Made by a program: the position numbers and the translations under genes
Source of the DNA: Eledone cirrhosa
Lineage: Eukaryota
Reading direction: 5' to 3'
NCBI GenBank assembly: GCA_964016885.1
Contig: OZ024743.1
Location: 147,560,001-147,624,000 of the forward strand
Length of the DNA: 64,000 nucleotides
The notes under the pieces: model-generated
What the model was told of the DNA's origin: nothing
What the model saw: only the letters and a program-made list of their open reading frames with translations
Databases searched by the model: none
In this document: piece by piece, positions 1 to 13,498 of the stretch
Layout of the letters: each line of letters starts with the position of its first letter
How positions within the stretch are numbered: the first letter of the stretch is position 1

Positions 1-59
1 ACTTCATCCCAGTAATGTTCTTATCTGGTCATAACTCGCGTTGGACGTTTTGTCAGTAA

Positions 60-800
60 TTCTTTTCTGTGTAAGAGCTACCAGCAATCGTTGATATTTT
101 GCACGAATATACTGTCCAATTCAATCATAAAACGAAAGTCATGTTACATATACTGAAGAATTCTCCAGTGTCAATGCCTACCATCTTTATAGATGGATAT
201 ACAGTTGAATGCGTCTAAAACTGTATGTACCTCTGTACCAAAACACCTCACTGCAATTGCATCAATAAAGAAGTCGTGCGTCCAATACACAAGGTGAGAG
301 GAAGGGTCAAGAAGCTCAAGAATTCTAATCAAATTGCAGTCATTTCCCTTAAAAACACTTCGTCAGATACTCAAGATTGATTGTCAAGACGGATATCGAA
401 CCTGGACGTTTTGGAATGCAGCGGAATCATGATCATAACAATAATACACCAAGTTATTTTGCTTTGAGTTGGAGATGTCAGACCAAATAGCAATAGACTG
501 GCAAAAGCCATCCTCTATGGTGAGCATAAATGTGGAACAAAAAGGTTCAAGACTAGTTTCAATAGACCATGGCTCTGCAAAATTCCCTTTTCAACTGGAA
601 AAATGCAGCACAGGACAGCCAATGCTGGTGATCTCTTACAAAACACCTTTCAGAGCTGTCTAAACTTTACACTGACTAAAGAGGAGAGAAAGCCTCGTTG
701 TTGTGTGCCCCGTATTGAAATATCATCCATGTATGTTCCCATGACCGGCTGCCATGATGAGAAACATCATTCTCGACATCGACAATCTGTAAATAAAAGA
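60..800 (+). pseudogene. Decayed non-LTR retrotransposon (RTE-like LINE) RT C-terminal fragment
   Basis: Manual translation gives NHKTKVML..PTIFIDGYTVECV*NCMYLC...NKEVVRPIHKV, then LRQILKIDCQD and RLAKAILYGEH. These resemble RTE-clade RT domain 7/thumb motifs (KTxVM, F.YLGS, LR.IL.I.WQD, RLPK..LYGEL). Stops and frameshifts present. Confidence 0.7.
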
Positions 801-995
801 AGAAAATAGATGTGTAACCCGTCCCACATGCTCAAGAAAAATACTAAACATATATTACAGAAATAGTGATATAAAATATGACTAGTTTCTAGAATGCTTG
901 AATCAAGAGACACTTGGCCTCGCATTACAGGTTTAATTATTAATGTAAAACAATCATAACTAAAAAAACATTCTCATCATATATATATGTAAATA

Positions 996-1026
<31 letters not shown>

Positions 1027-1033
1027 CATATAC

Positions 1034-1131
<98 letters not shown>

Positions 1132-2040
1132 TATATATATATTATTTTATTATTATATGGCGATAAAAATGGTACAAACGAATTCTGAGCTTCAGCTATC
1201 CGCTCTAGATTGGCTATTGAAGATATTACAAATATTATCGGAAATTCTATTTTTCGGTATTTTTAGGATACCAACTGAGAACGTTCAGAATATAAGTTCA
1301 CCTACTGGGAACATTATCTAACTGGACAAGAGGCGAGTGACAAGCCAAAATATATTAGTTCCTGTCAAGGGACGAATAACAAAACAGAGCATAATTACAT
1401 AAAACAATTAGCAGGAGTGAGACAAGAAAATAGAACGTTAACACAAACGAATAAGCTGAAAGGGGAGCATTGAAACTGCCATAGACAAATTAAAGGAGCC
1501 AGTCAGGGAACTGAAAACAGAGGTGACATGAAGGAATACGGCACCAAAGCAAATGAAATTTGGCCTTGATGCCAGAGAGAGAAGAGGGAGTTATGGTTGG
1601 ATAATGAAGGGTCGAGAATTCGTGAGAAAAGTATGGAAGGTCAGAAAGTTAGAAATGGTCACGGTGGTTAATATGAAAGCAAGTTTAGTATGAATGCGGT
1701 GTAGGACTGGAACATTCTGTAAATCAAATATTAGACGATACAAACTGAATTAATAAACCATTTCCAAGGATATCACATATAGCAAAGGAAATCCTAGTTT
1801 TCAGCACCTTAAGGATGGTAACAACAACGGTAAAAATATGTGCCGGCTACGAGGAGAAATATCATAGCAGCTGTTCGAAATCAGACAGGTCAAAGAATGA
1901 CTAATAAAATCGAGTGTAAACTTTCGATTACATAACATAATTAACACGAGAGAGAGAGATAAGAAAATACAACGTTACCTAGACGAATAAGCATGCCTGC
2001 ACCTATGTATGTATACACACAGACATTCACACATACAGAG

Positions 2041-2117
<77 letters not shown>

Positions 2118-2124
<7 letters not shown>

Positions 2125-3414
2125 AAGTGAGTCCTTCATCAGTGACCCTCCAACCGTCCTCGGCATTTCATCGCTTTAAGGGCCATATGCCTCAGGTTGG
2201 TGCGAACAACGGCTAAAAAAAGTCGTTGGGACACGTAAATAAAGGGGGACGCTAGAGTAACAACAAAAAGGTTTAAGCAACGGAAAGTGAGTAGAAATAG
2301 ACAAGTCCCAGATCTCTATGAATATAAACTCTGTGAAATCGTGAACAAGAGACGAAAGACCATCAGACCTGGTTGAAATATGAGCAAGGAAAGAATTTCG
2401 CCCAAGTTTGACGGGGGGGGAAGAGAGAGAGAGAGAGAGAAAGAAAAAGGAGAGAAGAGGAAGAAGAAGAAGAAGAAGAAGAAGAAGAAGAAGAAGAAGA
2501 AGAAGAAGAAGAAGATAAGGGGCTCTGGTCTACGAATTCGGTAAACGCAAGTTTTGTGAAGTCACAGACGAAAGAGAGAGAGAAAAAAATTCCATACCAG
2601 CTCGGTCAAGACTGCGCGAGAAAAGAATTACACACAGGTCAAACTTGAAGGGGGAGGAGGAAAGAGGAGGAGGAGAGGTAGTGACAGAGAATGAGTGAGT
2701 GAAAGTTGAGGAGAGGGTAACAGAGAGGGAGACTGCTAGAAGTGGTAAAGATACAAGGAACGAAACAGACGAAGGCAGCATGGAAAAGTTATATGTGTAA
2801 ATATGATGATAATAATGGAGCTGCGGCGTTGCAAATGGAATACATATGAAAAAGTGAGTCCTTCATCAGTGACCCTCCAACCGTCCTCGGCATTTCATCG
2901 CTTTAAGGGCCATATGCCTCAGGTTGGTGCGAACAACGGCTAAAAAAAGTCGTTGGGACACGTAAATAAAGGGGGACGCTAGAGTAACAACAAAAAGGGT
3001 TAAGCAACGGAAAGTGAGTAGAAATAGACAAGTCCCAGATCTCTATGAATATAAACTCTGTGAAATCGTGAACAAGAGACGAAAGACCATCAGACCTGGT
3101 TGAAATGTGAGCAAGGAAAGAATTTCGCCCAAGTTTGACGGGGGGGAAAAAAGAGAGAGAGAGAGAGAGAAAGAAAAAGGAGAGAAGAGGATGAAGAAGA
3201 AGAAGAAGAAGAAGAAGAAGAAGAAGAAGAAGAAGAAGAAGAAGAAGAAGAAGATAAGGGGGTCTGGTCTACGAATTCGGTAAACGCAAGTTTTGTGAAG
3301 TCACAGACGAAAGAGAGAGAGAAAAAAATTCCATACCAGCTCGGTCACGACTGCGCGAGAAAAGAATTACACACAGGTCAAACTTGAAGGAGGAGGAGGA
3401 AAGAGGAGGAGGAG
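2118..3414. repeat. ~727-bp partial tandem duplication (about 1.8 units) flanked by (TA)n
   Basis: GAAAAAGTGAGTCCTTCATCAG starts at 2121 and again at 2848; near-identical units containing (GA)n/(GAA)n. Confidence 0.9.
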
Positions 3415-3483
3415 ATATATATATATGTATATATATAGAGAGAGAGTGTGTGTGTGTGAGAGAGAGTGAGAGGGAGAGAGGAG

Positions 3484-3532
<49 letters not shown>

Positions 3533-3779
3533 TATGATTTGATAGATATCTGTTTGGAGTAGCGAACTTTTGCGCTAACAAATAATTAAGAAACTAACTC
3601 AATAAATAAATTAGATTGAGATTTAGATTTACGATTGGAGGATATTCAGCTTCCATTAATAAGAACGTGTACATTTATATGCGTATTTATATATATACAC
3701 TCATACATCAATATATCTATACATACACATGTCTTAACACACACACACACACACAGACACCCCCCACCCCTCATCCCCC

Positions 3780-3834
<55 letters not shown>

Positions 3835-4591
3835 GTGGGTGTGTACGTATCTGTGTGTAAGTGTGCTTTTGTGTGTGTGGTATGTGTGTGTGAATTTGTG
3901 TGTGTGTGTTTGTATGTTTATTTGTGTTCGCAAAAACTGTGAACAACTTTTTGGGAACTTCTAGAAACCATGAATGATATTTTCATTATGTCATACGTCC
4001 AGGCATATTGTTTTGGTAAACATCTTTCAGAACGATAATCCTTTAGTTTGCTATTTTGCTGCAAGTAAGCTGCCATTTGTCTGTAGTATCTAGACTGATT
4101 CCAAATTTACTAAAATAAATAAACTATGTAAAACAGATTTTCAAAACTTTAAGTAAAGTATGCATATACGCAAAAAATACGCAAGTGCATATGAAACTAT
4201 GCAGTCACATATAATTGATGTTGTCTTCGTGCTAGTTTCTTTGGTGAGCTATAACTGTCTAATTCTTTGATTTCGTTATTGGATTATCTAGCACTAAAAG
4301 CAATTTGAACAAAGCCTGGCCTTCAAGTGCTTTTAGGGTATTCCACTCAACCTAAACTATCAGATTTCTTCTTTTTTAACGCCGGTTTCAAAACATCTGA
4401 TAACATATTTCCCAGGACACATCGGCCGATACTGAACCGCCGCCTAGAAGTGTTTGTAGATAGAGTGTAATAAGGACATGAAAATAGCGTCTCTCAACAA
4501 TTCCTAAATGTACGACACAATTTCGACGAGTACAGAATTAAACACTTCTCGCAAAATATAACTAAAGCCACCCCAATCTAGGCGATATTAT

Positions 4592-5385
4592 TGGCAATAT
4601 TCGTTGAATGTTGGACAACATGCTTTACGGCATATTACGTTCTTTTACGTTCTTGGTTCAAATCCCACTGATGTTAGCTTTGCCTTTCATCCTTACGGGA
4701 TCGATTAAATAAATCACAAGTGACGCATTGGGTCAATTTAATCGACTTTCCCTTCTACAAAATTTGTTGGTCTTAAGCCTAAATCAGAAAACATTATTTA
4801 AGGGCGGTGGTAGCATCAGTAGAGCGTCGTACAACATGATTTATGTCATAGGGTTACGCCTCTTTACGATCTGAGTTCAAATCTTACCAAGGTTAGCTTT
4901 GCCTGTCATCCTTACGGGGTCGGTGAAATAAAGTGACGCACTACGGTCGATTTAATCGACTTTCTTCCTCCCCTAAAATTGTTAGCCTTGTTCCTAAATT
5001 AGAAACCATTATTATTATTGGCATGCTTTGAAGCATAGAGTTACGTCCCTTTATGATCTGAGTTCAAATCCCGCCGAGGTTAACTTTGCCTTTCATCCTC
5101 ACGGGGTCGATAAAATAAAGTACCAGTAATGCACTGGGTAATTGCTGGCTTTGTGCCTAACGTAGAAACAATTATAATTATTGGCAATATAGGTGGAGCA
5201 TCAGACTACGTGCTTTGCGTCATATCGTTACGTCTCTTTACGATCTAGGTTCAAATTCCGTCGTGGTGAGCTTTGCCTTTCATCCTGATGGGGTCGATAA
5301 AATAAAGTAGTAGTACGCACTGGGTCGATTTAATCGACTTTACCATTCTCCATATTTTTTACCTTGTGCCTAAATCAGAAAACAT
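4592..5385 (+). mobile_element. Cluster of four head-to-tail tRNA-derived SINE copies
   Basis: Four repeats of B-box GTTCAAATC, core GCCTTTCATCCTTACGGGGTCGATAAAAT and 3' end CCTAAA.TAGAAA.CA(TTA)n at about 4592-4800, 4802-5018, 5019-5180 and 5182-5385. Confidence 0.85.
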
Positions 5386-5997
5386 TTAATCGTTTTTAGT
5401 ATTGTTGTTCTTGTTTTTATTACTGTTATGGTCCACATGTTGCTAACTGCTTCACTAGTCCGGGTGACAAATGGCAGGGATTGCGGTGTCATTGCTGGTT
5501 GTAAATTACATCTAGTTGCTACCGTGGAAGATCGGTGGGATGATGATGGCGGAGGGAATATGAGAGTGTGTATAGAGGGAGGGACTTGGAAAAGAATGAA
5601 GAAAAAAATGTGGGAGATGTTACTGGAGAGAGGGGAAGCAAGAGGGGTGAATGGGGGTGAGGGGGGGATAAGGGGAGACAGATGCTAAGAATTCGTGTAC
5701 GAAAGAAAGAAAATAAGTGGAAACTTGAGAGGGAAAGCTGGCCAGAAAGATAGACAGGCATTTACGTGTGTGAGTGAGTATATGTTAATGTATATATAAA
5801 TCTAGGGTGTTACTAGAAGTTTCAAACCCAAACTAGAGACCTACGGGAGTGAAACGGGAAATTCCACCATAGAGCCTAAGGTTCTAAAGATTAATTTTAA
5901 TTAACACGTATCGATTTCACTTTAAGTCTGGTCTTTGTTTTGATTCAGAAACATACAGATAGGCGTGCGCGCGCACACACACACATATATATATATT

Positions 5998-6029
<32 letters not shown>

Positions 6030-6681
6030 CATACATATAGTTCGTTTTTATGTTTTGTAGAATTCCTCATGCTATGAACCTGATATTGTTTAAATTTGGG
6101 AGGGACATGCCGCCGATAGAAGCCTGCGCACCAGGTAACTAATTCATTTCTCAACATATAAATATCGTTTATATATAACAAACAAAAATAATACGGGGGA
6201 AAGCTACTTACGCTGTGGTATTTTAAGCCGTGATCTAGTCAAGTATACCTCAGTAGCTCCATGAGAACGCCACATTTATTTCAATTTACACACATATACA
6301 CATTCATATACATAGACTGGGGAAGACGGTAAATCAGAATAGTACTGGATGTAGTTTATTTGTGAATATCGGGTAGAATGCTTTGCAGAATTTATTACAG
6401 CTCTCTGCGTTCTAATTTAAAATCCATTTCGTTCTTTCCAAATCGACAAAAAAGTAGAAGTCCAGCATTCTTCTATATTGCTTTATCAATTTCATTTTCT
6501 CTCTCTCTATCCTTCGCTGGAAGAAATCGGCTCTGCTCAGACCTGAAAAGGAATGCTATATGTATGTCATGACGGTACACCAACGACTAAATTAGGAATT
6601 ACGCCTCCACCATATATATATATATATATGTATATATATGTGTACATATATATATTTAAAGGAACGATGTATTAGTTTCAT

Positions 6682-7660
6682 TATAATAAATGTTCCGTAA
6701 ATCCATACGTACATATATATATGTATCCATGTATGTATATATATACATACTATTGTCTGTACGTCTGTATACATATATGTATGTACGTATACATACTTAT
6801 ATTTCAGTAACAGCCGTACTAAGAGTGAGAAATGAAATTTCGTTTCATTTTTTCCATTTATCGTTTTCGGTGCGCCCGGCCGATTAACTCACTCGATATG
6901 CAAATTAGGCTGCTCAGCCGTTAATATGCATAAGGAAAAGTATATACTTTCACTTCACAATCATCTGGCAGGAATATATACGGTGCTGACGATAGCTAAT
7001 AAGCTTGAAACTAGTACATCGTTCCTTTGTCAGTGTTTAACAAAAGGGCAACGATAGTTGCTAAACACTGTACGGCTTAATTCGGGATGTTTGTTTACAA
7101 ACAAACCGAGCATTATAATAAATGTTCGGTAAATCCATACGTATATATATATGTGTGTACATGTATGTATATATATATATACATACTACTGTACGTCTGT
7201 ATACATATATGTATGTACGTATACATACTTATATTTAAATAACAGTCGTATTAAGAGTGAGAAATGAAATTTCGTTTCATTTTTTCCATTTATCGTTTTC
7301 TGTGCGCCCGGCCAATTAACTCACTCGATATGCAAATTAGGCTGCTCAGCCGTTAATATGCATAAGAAAAGTATATACTTTCAGACATTCAATCATCTGG
7401 CAGGAAGGTATACAGTTCCGACGATAGCTAATAAGCTTGAAACTAGTACATCGTTCCTTTGTCAGTGTTGAACAAAAGGGCAACGATGGCTGCTAAACAC
7501 TGTACGGCTTAATTCGGGATGTTTGTTTACAAACAAACCGAGCATTTTAATAAATGTTCGGTAAATCCATACGTACATGTGTATATGTGTGCATGTATGT
7601 ATATATATACATACTACTGTACGTCTGTATACATACATGAATGTACGTATACATACTTAT
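6682..7660. repeat. ~432-bp tandem repeat (about 2.3 units)
   Basis: TAATAAATGTTC.GTAAATCCATACGT recurs at ~6684, ~7116 and ~7548; unit contains ATGCAAAT. Confidence 0.9.
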
Positions 7661-7983
7661 ATATATATATATATATATATATAATGGAAAACGAAAAATC
7701 AGTGATGCGTTGGAACTCAATTTTTTGTGTGTGACAATTGTTTCCCCGGTGAACAGCTTGAGGTGCGATCTGTGTGTGGATCAACCTGACTCTAAACTCG
7801 CAGATTCCTCGGACACGTCTATTGATTTCGGAGCATTTCCTCTTTCTCACTAATATATATATGTGTGTGTGTTTGCGTGTGTGTGTATGTGTTTGAGTGT
7901 GTGTGTGTATGTGCGTGTGTTTATATCTATTTATACTCGGTATATATCTGTCTATATCTATGTATTTATCTAACTGTCAATCA

Positions 7984-8072
<89 letters not shown>

Positions 8073-8120
8073 AGTTAAATAGAAAGTTAAATGTTCAAAA
8101 TTTAGCTTCGTTTGTTTATT

Positions 8121-8177
8121 ACCGCTATATATATATTTCAGTGACAGCCATCTTTGGCTGTGACCTCTTCAGGCAGT
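8121..8177 (-). ncRNA. Minimal type I hammerhead ribozyme
   Basis: Minus strand: ACUGC-CUGAAGA-GGUCACAGCCA(AAGA)UGGCUGUCACU-GAAA-UAUAUAUA-UA-GCGGU. Stems I and II pair; stem III is palindromic. Confidence 0.8.
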
Positions 8178-8287
8178 CCGAATTAGTGTGGTATAGACAA
8201 GTACATATGTTGTTGAGGTGTATAATTTTGTCAATACTATGATATGCCCAGTTCCTGGTTGGGTTGTTATTTCACTGAGGAACTGGA

Positions 8288-8343
<56 letters not shown>

Positions 8344-8479
8344 CTCTTTCTCTTTCTCCATAACCCAACGGCTTATTTAAATCTATTAAAATATCTGAAA
8401 CTAATTTGCATATTAGTATATATAAATTTATAACCCAACTATCCGGGAGCTTCCAACAGAAATGATCGCATTCTTTAAG

Positions 8480-8887
<408 letters not shown>

Positions 8888-8895
8888 GAGAGAGA

Positions 8896-9086
8896 GAAAC
8901 ATTAGTGTCTGCAGTTCTGTTCGCATGCCAACACAACGGCAAGAATGAAGTGTTCATTCTACTGACATGGCTATAAAATTGAGGCTTTTTTGCATAATTG
9001 CAAATGAATCGAATGTTATTATTAGTATTCGAAAAACTCAGATTACATTTATTGTAGTCAGCCATGTAGAGCGAAATCTTCTTTTA
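8896..9086 (+). mobile_element. Truncated copy of the 441-bp HHR (retrozyme-like) family
   Basis: Reverse complement of 62330-62505; starts at GAAACATTAGTGTC (HHR stem III and cleavage site) and ends in (TA)n. Confidence 0.8.
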
Positions 9087-9108
9087 TATATATATATATA
9101 TATATATA

Positions 9109-10043
9109 CAAAATTAAGATAAATCAAATGAATTTAATCTAAATCAAAATTATGGGTGTCATGCCAGAAAGAGATGCGCCATATCACCCGCAAAATAAGC
9201 TCGAAGATTCTAACGAGTAGGTCCGACCATTTTATAATAACTAGAAATTGATTAACATATAAATAAACATGAATAATCACAGGGGATAATTTTTACAAGT
9301 GTGTAACCACACATAGCTAGGTAGGTATCTAAATAAAGTTGACCAGAACTTCAAAAACAGATACCTTATAATATGATTAATCTTCCCTGTATATATTCCA
9401 TTAAAGAAATATATTTCACCAATTAATCGGATGGTAAACCATAGAAGTGGAGTGTGGATTTTCAACAAGGAAGAATTTCCAGAGATCCGTGTTTACACTT
9501 CAAGTTCAATCAGCGACTGGCAAGCACCACGTGTTGTATCTACTAGAAATACACACATCATACTAGCTTCGTCCCAGTGGCGTGAATAGGGTTATCGACA
9601 ACTAGAAACAGCAGTCGAGTCCTTTCAACAGAGTTAGATCTAAAATTAAGGAGCCGTACTTATATATCTATATCCAAAATTAAGATAAATCAAATGAATT
9701 TAATCTAAATCAAAATTATGGCTGTCATGCCAGAAAGACATGCGGCATATCACGCGCAAAATAAGCTCTAAGATTCTAACGAGTAGGTCCGAGCATTTTA
9801 TAATAACTAGAAATTGATTAACATATAAATAAACATGAATAATCACAGGAGATAATGTTTACAAGTGTGTAACCACGCATAGCTAGGTAGGTAACTAAAT
9901 AAAGTTGACCAGAACTTCAAAAATAGATACCTTATAATATGATTAATCTTCCCTGTATATATTCCATTAAAGAAATATATTTCACCAATTAATCGGATGG
10001 TAAACCACGGAAGTGGAGACTTGGATTTTCAACAAGGAAGAAG
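9109..10043. repeat. ~566-bp partial tandem repeat; family also at 60971-61084
   Basis: CAAAATTAAGATAAATCAAATG at 9109 and 9675; the second unit ends at ~10043. Confidence 0.88.
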
Positions 10044-10145
10044 TCTTCCTGCTATATCAAGTGTCAACCTAATAAAACCCTTCCATATACTGTACCGATT
10101 GTGTTGTTATTTCTGTTTACCTTTTACACACACATATATATATAT

Positions 10146-10621
10146 AAATTATAAATATAACCTATCGCCGTATTTTGACTAAAGAAATTAAAGAAATTAT
10201 TTAGCCTGATAGTGGGGTTAAGAACCCTCGGAGAAATGGAAAAAGATCAGTATTGACGTACATGGGAGCCGAACCCACATCTTTGGTTATCCAGACCACT
10301 GTGCTACCATTACACCAACACATCACCCGTTTTCTTCCATTCAAATTAGAAGCTATAATCTTAGCAACTGTAATGTCAAGTAAGAATATTTTCGAAACAT
10401 AGAGCGAGTTTGAAATTATAAATATAAGCTATCGTCGTATTTTGACTAAAGAAATTAAAGAAATTATTTAGCCTGATAGTGGGGTTAAGTTTTTCCATTT
10501 CTCCGAGGGTTCTTAACCCCACTATCAGGCTAAATAATTTCTTTAATTTCTTTAGTCAAAATACGGCGATAGCTTATATTTATAATTTCAAACTCGATCG
10601 CTGTTTCGAAAATATTCTTAC
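10146..10621. mobile_element. 267-bp-unit element: partial tandem plus inverted arm, containing a tRNA-like cloverleaf, inside (TA)n
   Basis: 10146-10222 is repeated at 10413-10489; 10490-10621 is an inverted copy of the unit; related copy at 26957-27124. Confidence 0.8.
10254..10324 (-). tRNA. tRNA-like cloverleaf (tRNA-Gln-like D arm, GGA in anticodon position); pseudo-tRNA or element-borne
   Basis: Acceptor GAUGUGU/GUACGUC, D arm GUGU/GCAC with A-box UGGUGUAAUGG, anticodon arm UGGU-CUGGAUA-ACCA, T arm GUGGG-UUCGGCU-CCCAU; T5 run ~10 nt downstream. Confidence 0.6.
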
Positions 10622-10639
10622 TATATGTATATATGTGTG

Positions 10640-10746
<107 letters not shown>

Positions 10747-11009
10747 ATGTGCTTATTTACATATATATGAACCTGTAGGGAACCCGAAAGAAGAAAGATG
10801 AAGAAACTTGCCTCAACACTTAATTTTATATCTTTAATTTTTAATTCTTTTTAATTGTAGTAGATTAGATGGATTTCAGTGATATATCGAAACCTGTTAT
10901 ATTTTATATAATTTATATACAGTATAAAACTCTTTTTAAAAAGAATTGTCTCTCTCATTTTTTCAGTAATGTCACTACTTAAATATATTTTCTCTGCTAT
11001 TTCCAATTT

Positions 11010-11071
<62 letters not shown>

Positions 11072-11076
11072 TTCTC

Positions 11077-11160
<84 letters not shown>

Positions 11161-11342
11161 TTCATTTATTATTATGGATAAGTAGTGAGAGTTGATACTC
11201 GGTAGTTTCCACTTCACGCGCACTCACGGGGTCTTCAGAGAAGGTGAAACTCCAGATTAACAAGATTCACTATTTAGTAAATGAAAATGAATATCTAAAC
11301 TCTACTTCAGTATTGAGTATTCTTTTCTATCATCCACCAACT

Positions 11343-11378
<36 letters not shown>

Positions 11379-11500
11379 GTCGTTTCTGAATTTGTTTAGC
11401 AAGATTCTTATTGGCAACATGACCCTTCCAAAGTATAACAATATATATATATGTATATATGTATATATATATATGTGTGTGTGTGTGTATATATATATAT

Positions 11501-12008
11501 GGTGGCTGCCAACTCGTTTTCGAGTACGGCCACTACTTTATATCCATGTAGGAGAACCCCTACTGATGCGCTGAACGATTGTGACTTTTTAGTCCAGCCA
11601 GCGACTTGAAAACTCTGGTACTAACACTACACTTGTGACAATTATTGACACATAGTGCTTTGCCTTTGGTACCATGTGACGACAAGTGCAGAGAGATCTC
11701 CAGATATAAAGCAATGCCTGTGCCGTGAAGCTTTTATAGTGGACAAAGGCACTGCACAAAGCCAGTCCCACTCTCTTAACCAAGATGATATTTACCAAAA
11801 AGAAGAACAAGTCAACATCATTGGATACCATCAGGGTTGCAGGTGTTATATCAGAGTTTTCCTTCTCCTAGAATTCTGCCTTGACAAAGGCTAAGGGGTC
11901 ATCTCTCCCAGTGATTTTGGATGGCCATTGACTGTTAAGAGCTCCTTTGCCCTTTGACAGGTTTTGTTTTTAGTCCTGCAGGATGTCCAAAGTCTCCCTC
12001 CTCACCAA
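11501..12008. mobile_element. ~605-bp non-coding interspersed repeat, truncated copy
   Basis: Near-identical to 12217-12722; starts GGTGGCTGCCAACTCG next to (TA)n. Confidence 0.85.
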
Positions 12009-12216
12009 CACATATATATGCATAGATATATACATATATACCAACACATATATACATATATATATATAGATACATATACACATACGTACATACATACACA
12101 CATACATATATATACATAGATACACACATACATACATACATACACACATATATATATATACATAGATACACACATACATACATACACACCACATATACAT
12201 ATATATACACATATAT

Positions 12217-12822
12217 GGTGGCTGCCAACTCGTTTTCGAGTACGGCCACTACTTTATATCCATGTAGGAGAACCCCTACCGATGCGCTGAACGAGTGTGA
12301 CTTTTTAGTCCAGCCAGCGACTTGAAAACTCTGGTACAAACACTACACTTGTGACAATTATTGACACAGTGCTTTGCCCTTGGTACCATGTGACGACAAG
12401 TGCAGAGAGATCTCCAGATACAAAGCAATGCCTGTGCCGTGAAGCTTTTATAGTGAGCAAAGGCACTGCACTAAGCCAGTCCCACTCTCTTAACCAAGAT
12501 GATATTTACCAAAAAGAAGAACAAGTCAACATCATTGGATACCATCAGGGTTGCAGGTGTTATATCAGAGTTTTCCTTCTCCTAGAATTCTGCCTTGACA
12601 AAGGCTAAGGGGTCATCTCTCCCAGTGATGTTGGATGGCCATTGACTCTTAAGAGCTCCTTTGCCCTTTGACAGGTTTTGTTTTTAGTCCTGCAGGATGT
12701 CCAAAGACACCCTCCTCACCAAGAAACCTTGGTGGGGTTGCCAGTTTAGTCGCCAACGACCCGACCATGAGACAGGTTGTACTGGGATACATGTTACCAG
12801 TAGCACCAACTGGTGACCTGAC
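12217..12822. mobile_element. ~605-bp non-coding interspersed repeat, apparently full-length (possibly a non-autonomous RTE-derived element)
   Basis: Both ends (GGTGGCTGCC... and ...GGTGACCTGAC) are shared with other copies. Opposite strand has CTAGGAGAAGGAAAACTCTGA, which I recall from RTE-type UTRs (not verified). Confidence 0.75.
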
Positions 12823-12874
12823 ATATATATATATATATATATACATACATACACACACATAAGTATATATGTAT

Positions 12875-12916
<42 letters not shown>

Positions 12917-13399
12917 GTAAATATATTCGTAAATATACAGATTTATAGACAATCACACATACACATAAATATACATGTGTGTTTCATGTAAACGTGAAGT
13001 GATGCTATTTATGTATGAATGTATTTTTATGACTAACTGCTTATACACATATTAAAGTGTAACTTTTTAAAGCAATATACACAGAAAAGCATGGGTAAAC
13101 AGTATATGTATATGTAAATTTGCATACCTTCATTGTAATTTATAAAAAGACACTAGCAAGCAATTTAAAATTAAAATTTTCTGTTTTATAAGAGAATAGA
13201 TTTACATTTTAATTCATTGAGGAAAAGTCCATAATGAATTATTTATTACATAAACCTCGAGGTATTCTCCATTTATCACTTTAGATAAACTCTATAGAAA
13301 TATTGTGTTCGGAAAACCCTTGCCTTTTGTTCACTAGTAAAGTTACTGTTGACTCATATTTCAGCAGATGCTTCATAGTCTACATCTTCGCATTCACAG

Positions 13400-13498
<99 letters not shown>

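Noticed and set aside
2121-2175. CUGAUGA and GAAA on the minus strand of the 727-bp repeat
   Set aside because: Order and flanking stems do not give a valid hammerhead.
11185-11245. Minus-strand CUGAAGA...GAAACUACCGAGUA
   Set aside because: Stem III is plausible, but stems I and II do not pair convincingly.
11655-12608. Recurrent ORF WYHVTTSAERSPDIKQCLCREAF...
   Set aside because: Recurs because the 605-bp repeat recurs; start differs between copies and one copy is frameshifted.
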